Positions 29,579-38,015 of a DNA stretch of 57,872 nucleotides are shown piece after piece. The notes under the pieces are model-generated. The model did no database searches. It was given only the letters and a program-made list of their open reading frames with translations, and was not told the DNA's origin. The translations under genes and the position numbers were made by a program. Within the stretch, counting starts at the first letter, position 1. The number at the start of each line of letters is the position of its first letter. Origin of the DNA: Candidatus Bathyarchaeia archaeon (GTDB lineage: Archaea > Thermoproteota > Bathyarchaeia > Bathyarchaeales > Bathycorpusculaceae). The stretch is taken from contig JBEKKX010000015.1 in NCBI GenBank assembly GCA_050010515.1, forward strand, positions 1-57,872, read 5' to 3'.

Positions 29579-29791
29579 TTTTTGACTTTTAATAATTTAG
29601 CCAATTTTAAACAAGGCTTGAGTTAAACGGTTATTAATGTTATTTGGAATTCTGCAAGAATCTTGCTGAAAACCAATCAAAAAACCCTAATAATTGCCGT
29701 TAATTGCCAATAAATAAAACCCTAAACTAAACGAATTATCCAATACTGGACAATTAGCCAGATTAAATTTAGGTTTAGGTTAAGTCAAAAA
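29579..29791. other. Third IR-closed intergenic segment
   Basis: tttttgactt (29579) / aagtcaaaaa (29782); inner cctaaac/gtttagg stem. Confidence 0.4.
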
Positions 29792-29987
29792 ATGCCTATG
29801 TGCAAAAGTGCCAAAAATTGACTAAAACGGGGCTTAAAACGGGCTTATTTTACCATTTAACTGTACAACAAGTCGCCGTTTCGCAAAATAGTTAAGGAAA
29901 AACGCTTAAATACCCTTTCGCCTTCTAATCTGCCACCTATTACAGGTTTAAAAACAAAAAAAAACAAAAAAGGTGATAAAACAAAAA

Positions 29988-31100
29988 ATGACAGAAAAAC
30001 AAAACACAAACAATGTATCTATCCAAAGCAGTTTCACAGTGCAAAACCTAATTGACGATATGAAAAAATGTTTAGGCTTTATAGTGTCGGCAGAGAGCGG
30101 AAGCGGTAAAAGCTATTTGGGATTCACGATTTGCAGAGAAGCAATGAAGGCAGAGAACAAAACAAGGATAATTATATTTTCGCCCAGCACAATCTATAAC
30201 CGCAAATTCGGCAGTTGTGACAATCTAAAGCTAATCAAGGTTGGCACGGCAGACTTTAGCCCCGTTGTTGACTACGATAAAGAAATGTTGGAAAGAGTAG
30301 CCAATGTTAGAGACACATTCTTTTTGAACACAGACAAGAAATACATGTTCAAGCGTTCATTATGGCTTGAGCAGTTGTTAGCCAATGACTCATTAAACCT
30401 CTGTTTTGAAATACATTACCTTAACTCACGGAAAGCTAAAACCTTCATTACCGAATGCTTAAAGCTGATTTTTGAGAGAGAACGAAAGAAACTTGAGCGA
30501 AACCCCGATTACGACTTTCACACTTTAGCTGTATTAGAAGAATGCCAAAATTCTTATGGCACGTATAATCTCAATGACGACTCAAGCCTTGAGGCTCTCG
30601 GAATCCTATCTATGGCTCGGACAGACTGCAACTTGCACTTTTTAGCTATAACTCAGAGATTGGCAGAGACAAGCGTTAAGGTGACTGAGCGGTTAAGGCT
30701 AATTTCGGGTCTCCAAATCGGCTATAATAATTTGAATCGTGTTAGGGCGCAAATAACCCCAGAACTGAGAGAATTAGTGCAGAGATTGCCACAAAAAACT
30801 TTCCTATACATCAACGGCAAAGATAACCCTATTTTCCAGATTCCGCAATACAGCTTTAAAGGCAAAATGACACAGATTAGACCAATGACACAACCGACAG
30901 AACAACCAAAAAAGAAAGATGGTTTTATTAAACAAATGAAACAATTGTTAAAGGCAATGTTTAGCGTGCCACAGCAATATCAACCACAAACACAGCAAAA
31001 CAATAATGAAGAGCAAAATAATGATGATATAGAGCAATCACAAGCCGATGGATTAATGACCGATGATTCCGACATAATGTTTCCAGAGGATGAATACTAA
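29988..31100 (+). CDS. P-loop ATPase of the HerA/FtsK superfamily (possible packaging or DNA-pumping ATPase)
   Basis: Walker A AESGSGKS, Walker B AVLEEC, R in SMART, sensor AITQRL; acidic Gln-rich tail. Confidence 0.75.
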   Translation: MTEKQNTNNVSIQSSFTVQNLIDDMKKCLGFIVSAESGSGKSYLGFTICREAMKAENKTRIIIFSPSTIYNRKFGSCDNLKLIKVGTADFSPVVDYDKEMLERVANVRDTFFLNTDKKYMFKRSLWLEQLLANDSLNLCFEIHYLNSRKAKTFITECLKLIFERERKKLERNPDYDFHTLAVLEECQNSYGTYNLNDDSSLEALGILSMARTDCNLHFLAITQRLAETSVKVTERLRLISGLQIGYNNLNRVRAQITPELRELVQRLPQKTFLYINGKDNPIFQIPQYSFKGKMTQIRPMTQPTEQPKKKDGFIKQMKQLLKAMFSVPQQYQPQTQQNNNEEQNNDDIEQSQADGLMTDDSDIMFPEDEY

Positions 31101-31198
31101 ATGATGGCAAACGATAATATTCTCTCAGTTAAAACGGGTTCTGAGAGTGAAATGAACGGACAAAAACCCAACAAAAATAAAAGGATGCGATAAAAAAA

Positions 31199-31448
31199 AT
31201 GATGGTAAAATGTCCAACATGCGGTATTAATGGTTCGGCACAAATTAGAGGTAATAGCGTAAGAGTCGGTCACTATGTCGGTTACAAAGGCGACACAAGA
31301 ATAGTTAATTGGCATTGCACAACCTTAGAAGATTTGAGCAAATTAAACAACTGCTTAAAAATCAATATGGTAAACAATAACGGTCACAAAATGGTAAACA
31401 ATGAACAGTTATCCATTGATTACCATGCGCCTCAGACTCATAATCTGG
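31199..31448 (+). CDS. N-terminal part of a Zn-ribbon ORF split by att (133 aa on the excised circle, joined to 21756-21907)
   Basis: CPTCG...GH...WH. QTHNL is read in the same frame at both att sites. Confidence 0.65.
31367..31402 (+). repeat. Two ATGGTAAACAAT arm-type repeats (P side)
   Basis: 31367-31378 and 31391-31402, identical to 21837-21848. Confidence 0.6.
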
Positions 31449-31533
31449 AGAACATAAATGGTGGCCAAACGCTCCTGTCCAGAAGTCGCGGGCTCGAAGC
31501 TAGAAAAAAGCGAGAATCCCGCTCCCGGCACCA
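31433..31533 (+). tRNA. attR: displaced 3' half of host tRNA-Met with two BHB introns (31451-31484 at 45/46; 31499-31516 at 59/60)
   Basis: BHB1 CTGG-AGA-ACA...TGT-CCAG-AAG; BHB2 CTCG-AAG-CT...AG-CGAG-AAT. Splicing gives AGGTC-GCGGG-CTCGAAT-CCCGC-TCCCGGC-A-CCA. Confidence 0.88.
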
Positions 31534-31880
31534 CTTATTTTTGATGCTTATGCCTAATTTTTGTGGCGAATTCCGTCAACAAATAGTAGGGTACCCCTCT
31601 GGGTAATGCTGGAAAACTCTGTTTTGGGTTGCTTTTTTGATTTGAAGCTTGAATCAGGCTTAGTCACCACTGACTTCCTTAAGCTGTATATAAAGCGCCG
31701 TGGAAAGGGAATAGAGTGACTAAACATGCAGGCAAAATTGCTGAGCGAATTAATTACCATTTGATCTCTTGCTGGAGTTTGACTGGTTATTTTGAAAGGC
31801 TGGCGTTTAGGCTTACTTTAATTTTGGAAACTGAAAGAAATTTAAGTGCGTTTAGTAGCTCACTAATTAGGTGTAATTTA

Positions 31881-32102
31881 TTGGTAGCAAAGGTTAAGGT
31901 TACTAAAGAAGGAATTCTTGTTCCAGAGCAGCTTTTCAGAGAAATGATTGGTACTTACGTTAAGATGGAGCAGATTTTAGCAACTTTAGAAGAGCTTGCA
32001 GACCCTGAGGCGTTAAAAGCGATTGAAAAAAGCAAGAAGCAGGTTGCTGAAGGCGAATACGTTGAATGCTCCATAAACGACTTGGAGAAAGTCCTGAAGT
32101 AA
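31881..32102 (+). CDS. Antitoxin upstream of RelE
   Basis: ILATLEELADPEALKAIEKS...GEY pattern; AGGTG SD before TTG-31881. Confidence 0.7.
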   Translation: MVAKVKVTKEGILVPEQLFREMIGTYVKMEQILATLEELADPEALKAIEKSKKQVAEGEYVECSINDLEKVLK

Positions 32103-32103
32103 T

Positions 32104-32370
32104 ATGCCTTACACTGCTAGGTTCTCAAAGGCATTTCTCAAAAAGTACCAAAGATTGCCGAGCGACATAAAGTCAAGAATAACTGAAAGTCTGAGAGAAA
32201 TTCTTATCAAACCTGACAATGGCATAATGTTGGTTGGTCCTTTGAGAGGCTTATGGAAGGTGAGGGTTGGAAAATACAGAATAATTTACGAGATTGATGA
32301 GAAACAAAACACTGTCGTTTTTCATGATGTTGAGCTTAGGAAAAATGTTTACAAACAGTTTCTGGGTTAA
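32104..32370 (+). CDS. relE: RelE/ParE-family toxin
   Basis: LRGLWKVRVGKYRIIYEID...RKNVY motif. Confidence 0.9.
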   Translation: MPYTARFSKAFLKKYQRLPSDIKSRITESLREILIKPDNGIMLVGPLRGLWKVRVGKYRIIYEIDEKQNTVVFHDVELRKNVYKQFLG

Positions 32371-32454
32371 TTAGGGTCATAATGACAGTTCTGTGCCGCT
32401 GACGGCAAGCTATGGGCTTTAGTTTTGCTTTAGGCGCGTTTGTGTTTGCTCGTA

Positions 32455-32536
32455 ATTGAAGCTGAGCTTTCTGGTCAAGAGTTCTGATTTGTTTCGAAAA
32501 ACGATTGGTCAGCTCACCTGTGAACTTGTGTTTCAA
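32455..32536 (-). pseudogene. Truncated RelE-like toxin 5' fragment
   Basis: KFTGELTNRFSKQIRTLDQKAQ overlaps the antitoxin stop; similarity ends at a direct repeat. Confidence 0.5.
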
Positions 32537-32720
32537 GGTGTAAATCCCGCACTAGCTCATCTAGCGTCATGGTTTTTCCCTGTTTAGCTTCGCGCAAAGA
32601 AGCCCGCAGGTCTTTTACCAATTTCTTGTCCTGCATGACTTCCAGCGTCTCAAGCAGTTCTTCCATCAGGCATGCTGCTTTCGTAAGCAGTTCTTTTTCG
32701 TCGGCTGTTAAGAGAGTCAT
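32514..32720 (-). CDS. Antitoxin (RelB-like)
   Basis: LLETLEVMQDKKLVKDLRASLREAKQGK pattern. Confidence 0.7.
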   Translation of the reverse strand: MTLLTADEKELLTKAACLMEELLETLEVMQDKKLVKDLRASLREAKQGKTMTLDELVRDLHLETQVHR

Positions 32721-32943
32721 AATTGTATGCGCAGTTGTTAAAATATGAGCGATATGGTTCTTACCTTTTGCTTTCCCTTAAGGAAAAATTGTGAAAAGTT
32801 TTAAGCGTCTTAATCTGGAGCCTTAAGCGGGTTTGTGTTTGCTCGTACAACCTACCCCTCGGTCTACTATATGCTTCAAATAACTCTGTAAAAAGCCTAT
32901 GCGCTTTTGGTTATCTTAATTAAGATAATAGCCACCTAAAGAA

Positions 32944-33192
32944 GTGATAAATATGGAAGCAATCAAAGAGTACAGTTTCACAATAGTACTCCTTTACATT
33001 ATAATCGGTGTTATACTGTTTTTTTCTGATGTAGTATGGCATGTTATTTTTTCGGGGCTAGCTTATTTTTCGCTATCGGTTTTTTGGATTGACTTGGCAA
33101 TTGAAATTTCGGTTTACACTGTGCTGTACGTCGCAATAGTGATAATTTTATCAGTTTTATCACAAAAAAGGCACAAGAAAAGAAGGCTTTAA
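32944..33192 (+). CDS. Small membrane protein
   Basis: Hydrophobic with a basic C-terminus; 18-bp palindrome ttatcttaattaagataa upstream (32911-32928). Confidence 0.6.
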   Translation: MINMEAIKEYSFTIVLLYIIIGVILFFSDVVWHVIFSGLAYFSLSVFWIDLAIEISVYTVLYVAIVIILSVLSQKRHKKRRL

Positions 33193-33284
33193 TATGCAAA
33201 CTTGTTCGTTTAGAAAAGGTGATTTAAACGGCTGCAGATGACCCTATGAAAGCTACCCTTCGTGTAAAAGGGTCGTGATTTTTT

Positions 33285-34046
33285 ATGATTGACCAAAGTG
33301 CGGTTCTTTTATTTATTACAGTAGCACTGGCTAGCGCGGTTGAAGCGACTGAGGCTCTAACCATTATTCTGGCATCAGGCATTACTAGGGGCTGGCGTTC
33401 CACATTTGAAGGCGCATTACTTGCCATAGCTTGTTTGGCTGTAATTGCGGGGGTAGCTGGTACTGCACTAATTCAATACGTCCCCCTTTATGCCTTGCGA
33501 ATCGTAGTTGGAACACTGCTGCTTATCTTTGGGTTGCAGTGGCTCACAAAAGCTATACTGCGCCAAACAGGGTTTAAGGCGCCGCATGATGAACGCGACA
33601 TATACGACAAACAGGTAGCGGCTCATGAGAGAGGAATTCTTCGGGGCCAACGAGATTCTTTAGCGTTTGCAATCAGCTTCAAAGGCGTGCTTTTGGAAGG
33701 TATGGAAGTCGTCATGATTGTTATCAGCTTTGGTTTAGCTAACGGAAGTCAGGATCAACTGGAAACTGCCGCGCTCGCTGCTCTTGCCGCGGTAGCAGTT
33801 ATGACGGCAATAGGCGCTGTAGTCGCGAAGCCTCTGACTAAAGTACCTGAGAATTATATGAAGCTGGGAGTAGGTAACTTGCTAACCGTTTTTGGCCTCT
33901 TCTGGATGGGCGAAGGCGTTGGCGTCCAGTGGCCTCTGGGAGATATATTCCTGTTAGTGCTCCTAGCGATAATCGTCTTGGCAACATTGGGATTGATTGC
34001 TTATTTCAAACGAGTTCACGAAAGCCAAACGGAGGTTGAGCTATAA
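33285..34046 (+). CDS. COG4280-like membrane protein (FTR1-related ExxE motifs)
   Basis: VEATEA, GLQWL.KAILR, FKGVLLEGMEV and VPEN..K motifs. Confidence 0.8.
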   Translation: MIDQSAVLLFITVALASAVEATEALTIILASGITRGWRSTFEGALLAIACLAVIAGVAGTALIQYVPLYALRIVVGTLLLIFGLQWLTKAILRQTGFKAPHDERDIYDKQVAAHERGILRGQRDSLAFAISFKGVLLEGMEVVMIVISFGLANGSQDQLETAALAALAAVAVMTAIGAVVAKPLTKVPENYMKLGVGNLLTVFGLFWMGEGVGVQWPLGDIFLLVLLAIIVLATLGLIAYFKRVHESQTEVEL

Positions 34047-34294
34047 TGCCCTCCGATAAAACGCTAAGCGCAGTCTGGAAAGGAGTTAAAAGCTTTTTCA
34101 CATTCTGGAAGGACTTTCTAGTTGGTGATTCTCCAATATTGGCATTAGGCGCAGTAATCATCCTAAGTGTCGCTTATCTTTTACGCGACTCCGCCATCTT
34201 AGCCTCAGTATCCACCATTATTCTGGTGTTGGTCTTGATAACATTTGCTGTCTGGCAAAAAACCAAGGCACGACGCCGGTACGCCCACAATTAA
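34046..34294 (+). CDS. Small membrane protein partner of COG4280
   Basis: FWKDFLVGD motif; translationally coupled. Confidence 0.7.
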   Translation: MPSDKTLSAVWKGVKSFFTFWKDFLVGDSPILALGAVIILSVAYLLRDSAILASVSTIILVLVLITFAVWQKTKARRRYAHN

Positions 34295-34434
34295 CACGGA
34301 CAAAGGAGACAAAACAAGAGCACAAAACTCCGCGGGTAATTTCACAACAAACATGCGTGCATCAGTTAAAAATCGGTCTTTTGTCAAATCTTATTAACCT
34401 CTTGCTACAGAACTCACAACTCGAGCTGAAACTA

Positions 34435-34788
34435 ATGAAAGATTACGATAATTTTTTCCTGCCCAGTAGCGACTTAAAGAAAGGCAAAGAATTCTACCAA
34501 GACATTTTAGGTTTATCGGTTAAATTTGACTTCTCAGGCATGGGTATGATAGCGTTTAAAGTTGGCGACAATGAACCTGCAATCATCTTAAAAGACACCA
34601 GCAAGTTCCCAGAGGCTAAACCGACCATTTGGTTTGTTGTAGACAACGTGCAAGAAGAGTACAAACGATTGAAAGCTAAAGGGCTAAGTTTTCTGTCCGA
34701 GCCTTTTGCGATTCATACCGGGATGGCTGTTGAGTTTGAAGACCCCTTCGGCAATAGACTAGGCCTAACAGATTATTCTAAGCGTTGA
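34435..34788 (+). CDS. VOC/glyoxalase family protein
   Basis: FYQDILGL and FEDPFGNRL motifs. Confidence 0.88.
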   Translation: MKDYDNFFLPSSDLKKGKEFYQDILGLSVKFDFSGMGMIAFKVGDNEPAIILKDTSKFPEAKPTIWFVVDNVQEEYKRLKAKGLSFLSEPFAIHTGMAVEFEDPFGNRLGLTDYSKR

Positions 34789-34904
34789 ATTTTTCTGTAG
34801 CCTAAAATGTTTGTTTAGGTGTTACTCAAATTTTTATTAAGTCTATGTTTAGTTGAGCGCAAAATTTATATCGATAAGCGAATCGTTGTACTATTCGATG
34901 AACG

Positions 34905-35114
34905 ATGGAAACGGTTACAGTTTCAAAGAAGTACCAGGTTGTGATTCCAGAAAAGTTGCGCAAGAGCGCAGGAATCAAACCCGGCGACAAAATGGTTGCA
35001 ATAACCAAACATGGAATCATCCAGTATATTCCAGTGCGCCCAATAAAAGAAACTGAAGGATTTATCCCTGGACTTGACACAGAAAACCTACGCGATGAGT
35101 CTGACAGAAATTGA
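34905..35114 (+). CDS. vapB: AbrB-family antitoxin
   Basis: VSKKYQVVIPEKLRK motif. Confidence 0.88.
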   Translation: METVTVSKKYQVVIPEKLRKSAGIKPGDKMVAITKHGIIQYIPVRPIKETEGFIPGLDTENLRDESDRN

Positions 35115-35482
35115 TTAGTGTTGACAGTTCCGGTTGGATTGAATGGTTCACCAAAGGACCCAAGGCGCCACAGTACAAACAGGTAATTGAGTCAAGTCAG
35201 CCTAAAGAGATAGTCACTTCGGTTGTAGTACTTTATGAGGTTTACAAGAAGATAAAAAAGCTGAAGGGAGAGGAAGAAGCGCTACTGGCAGTTGCCGCCC
35301 TTAGTCAGACGACGATTGTGCCCATTGACCAAACAATATCACTTGAGGCTGCAGATTTCAGTCTCGAAAATAATCTGCACTTCTCAGACGCTATCGTTTA
35401 CGCTACTGCTCGCCACTGGAAAGCTAAACTTTACACTAGCGATAACAATTTGCGACCACTAAAGACGGTATGCTTTATCTAG
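35111..35482 (+). CDS. vapC: PIN-domain toxin
   Basis: VDSSGWIE, DAIVYATA and TSD motifs. Confidence 0.9.
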   Translation: MISVDSSGWIEWFTKGPKAPQYKQVIESSQPKEIVTSVVVLYEVYKKIKKLKGEEEALLAVAALSQTTIVPIDQTISLEAADFSLENNLHFSDAIVYATARHWKAKLYTSDNNLRPLKTVCFI

Positions 35483-35755
35483 AATATGACTTGCTTAATT
35501 CAAAATGTTCAGGCGATTTGGGAGGGCACGATACGAGTATTAAAAAGACGGGTAAATGGAAAAGAAAACAAGTCAAAAAATAGTAAGAAAAGCTAAAGGA
35601 CGAACATGGGCTTACAGGACAATAAAAGGAACCTTTAATCGCTAAACGCAACTTCAATCACAAAATAGAAAAGATAAGTGCTAAATAATTGATGTTAAAA
35701 ACCGCGTTAGGATAAGCTTTTTACATATTCCCTCATATGGTAACGCGAGCATACC

Positions 35756-37396
35756 TTGAACAATAAGATTAAGCCTTGGACTGCCGAAGCACCCAAAAAC
35801 ATAAAATACCCTCGGCTTCCTCTCCAAAACATCCTTCACAAAAGCGCTAAGAATTTTCCGCAAAAAGTTGCCCTTGTCTACGAAGGGCGAGAAATCACCT
35901 ATTTGCAACTGGAATCGTTTTCAAACCAGTTTGCCAACGCCCTTGCATCTTTGAGCGTCGAGAAGGGCGACCGAGTGGCGCTTTTTCTGCCCAACATTCC
36001 CCAGTTCATAATCGCTTATTTCGGAATCCTTAAAGCAGGCGCGGTTGTAACGGCGATAAGTCCTTTGCATCGGGAGCGTGAAGTTGAGTATCAACTGTGC
36101 GATTCAGAGGCTGAAACCATAATCGTTTTGGGTTCTCTTTATGCCGTTGTGGAGGATGTTTGGGCTAAAACTAAGCTGAAAAACGTTATAGTTACAAGCT
36201 TAGATGAAGCATCCGAAACAGCATTTATCCCGAGCAAACCGAACCTGTTGGATTTTCAGAAACTTCTAAAAGAAGCCCCAGAAACCCCTCTCAAGGTCGA
36301 AATAAATCCAGAGAGGGATTTAGCGGCATTGCAGTACACGGGCGGCACCACAGGAACAGCCAAAGGCGCAATGCTAACCCACACCAACTTGGTTTCAAAC
36401 GCGCTCGCTTTCGCCGCTTGGATAAAAGGCACAACAGCAAAAGAAACCTTCCTAACAGCACTGCCCCTATTCCATATTTACGGCATGACAACCAGCATGA
36501 CTGTGCCCATCAGTTTAGCGGCGAAAATGGTTCTTATGCCCAGATTCGAGCCCGTAAAAGCCTTAGAAGCCATCCAGAAGCATGGAGTTACGGTTTTTTG
36601 CGGCGTCCCAACCATGTACTCTGCCTTGTTAGCTAACCCGGAGCTTGGCAAATATGACTTAACCTCGATTCGCGTCTGCATCTCTGGCGCGTCATCTCTG
36701 CCGCCGCAAATTCAAAAGAAATTCATGCAAATCACAGGCGGATTCCTAGCTGAAGGCTACGGGTTAACTGAGGCATCTCCAGTCACCCACTGCAACCCCG
36801 TCGACAGGACAATGAAGACGGTGAAGGTTGGTTCAATCGGTTTGCCCCTGCCCGATACTGAAGCGCGAATAGTCGATTTAGCTACAGGTGAAAAAACGCT
36901 TACGCAAGGCGAGACGGGTGAACTGGCGGTGAAGGGACCACAAATCATGAAGGGTTACTGGCGCAAGCCTGAGGAAACCGCTTTGGTCCTGCGTGATGGG
37001 TGGCTTTTCACAGGCGACATCGCACACATGGATGAGGATGGCTACTTTTACATTACTGACCGCAAAAAAGACCTCATAAAATACAAGGACTACAGCGTTT
37101 ACCCACGCGAAATCGAAGATGTCCTCTATGAGCACCCAGCCGTGAAGCTCTGCGCGGTCGTCGGCAAACCAGACACTGCGGCGGGAGAAGTTCCGAAGGC
37201 TTTCATAGTGCTCAAAGAAGGCATGGCTGCGTCGGCAAAGGAAATCATGGCTTTCGTTAACGACAAAGTCGCGCCCTACAAGGCAATCCGCGAGATAGAA
37301 TTCAGAAAAGAATTGCCTATAAGCTCTGCTGGAAAAGTCTTAAGGCGACTGCTTCAAGAAGAAGAAAAAGGAAAAGCCGCTTGGGGCAGAAATTAG
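35756..37396 (+). CDS. fadD: Long-chain fatty-acid--CoA ligase
   Basis: YTGGTTGTAKG, EGYGLTE, TGD and SSAGK motifs. Confidence 0.9.
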   Translation: MNNKIKPWTAEAPKNIKYPRLPLQNILHKSAKNFPQKVALVYEGREITYLQLESFSNQFANALASLSVEKGDRVALFLPNIPQFIIAYFGILKAGAVVTAISPLHREREVEYQLCDSEAETIIVLGSLYAVVEDVWAKTKLKNVIVTSLDEASETAFIPSKPNLLDFQKLLKEAPETPLKVEINPERDLAALQYTGGTTGTAKGAMLTHTNLVSNALAFAAWIKGTTAKETFLTALPLFHIYGMTTSMTVPISLAAKMVLMPRFEPVKALEAIQKHGVTVFCGVPTMYSALLANPELGKYDLTSIRVCISGASSLPPQIQKKFMQITGGFLAEGYGLTEASPVTHCNPVDRTMKTVKVGSIGLPLPDTEARIVDLATGEKTLTQGETGELAVKGPQIMKGYWRKPEETALVLRDGWLFTGDIAHMDEDGYFYITDRKKDLIKYKDYSVYPREIEDVLYEHPAVKLCAVVGKPDTAAGEVPKAFIVLKEGMAASAKEIMAFVNDKVAPYKAIREIEFRKELPISSAGKVLRRLLQEEEKGKAAWGRN

Positions 37397-37457
37397 AAAA
37401 TTGGGCAATTTTTAAATTTAAAGGATTACTATTGTTGTAATCTGTCAGTGAATTATT

Positions 37458-37718
37458 ATGTCTGTGGTAGAAATCGACGCGAGAGGCAGAATGACTATCC
37501 CCAAAAAAATAGGCATCAAAAAATCCAGAGCAATAGTCATATCAGCAGGCTCCTTTTTCATAACCATCCCTCTTCCGAAAAATCCCCAAAAAGAAGCAGA
37601 AGGCTGGTTACCTACCACCAAAGAAAGAAAAGAACTAAAATTTGAAGCTGAAAAACTTGCCAAAGAAGATGCTGTTAGTAGGGCAAAAAGGCGACATTAT
37701 GTCGTGGATCCCGTCTAA
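37458..37718 (+). CDS. AbrB-family antitoxin (orphan)
   Basis: EIDARGRMTIPKKI motif. Confidence 0.7.
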   Translation: MSVVEIDARGRMTIPKKIGIKKSRAIVISAGSFFITIPLPKNPQKEAEGWLPTTKERKELKFEAEKLAKEDAVSRAKRRHYVVDPV

Positions 37719-37790
37719 GACTCTGCTTTTCGAGTAAGATAGTTTTGGTGTCAGCTATGCATATATATGCATATGCACATAGTATTTGGC

Positions 37791-38015
37791 ATGACCAAAG
37801 TAATATCCCTCTCAAACGAAGCGTACAAAACATTGAAAGACCTCAAGAAGTCTGGAGAATCATTTTCAGATGTTGTTTTGCGAGTTGCAAGTAAGGAACA
37901 TAAGATGTCCATTCTCGAATTCGCTGGAACTTGGAAAGGCGATGACATAGATGAAGTTTTTTCAATTGTCTTGAAGGATAGAGAGCAATCAAAATCAAGA
38001 GAGATTGAAATATAA
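37791..38015 (+). CDS. vapB: VapB antitoxin (UPF0330/DUF217)
   Basis: KVISLSNEAY..LK..K..GESFSDVV and FAGTW motifs. Confidence 0.88.
   Translation: MTKVISLSNEAYKTLKDLKKSGESFSDVVLRVASKEHKMSILEFAGTWKGDDIDEVFSIVLKDREQSKSREIEI

Larger units (their letters stand above)
21740..31448. mobile_element. Integrated element (provirus or integrative plasmid), 9,693-bp circle on excision
   Basis: att direct repeats in a tRNA, adjacent tyrosine integrase, AT-richer composition, tightly packed orphan ORFs and an ATPase. Confidence 0.92.

Noticed and set aside
31449-31606. C-terminal part of ORF 31199-31606
   Set aside because: Read-through into the displaced host tRNA half, created by integration.
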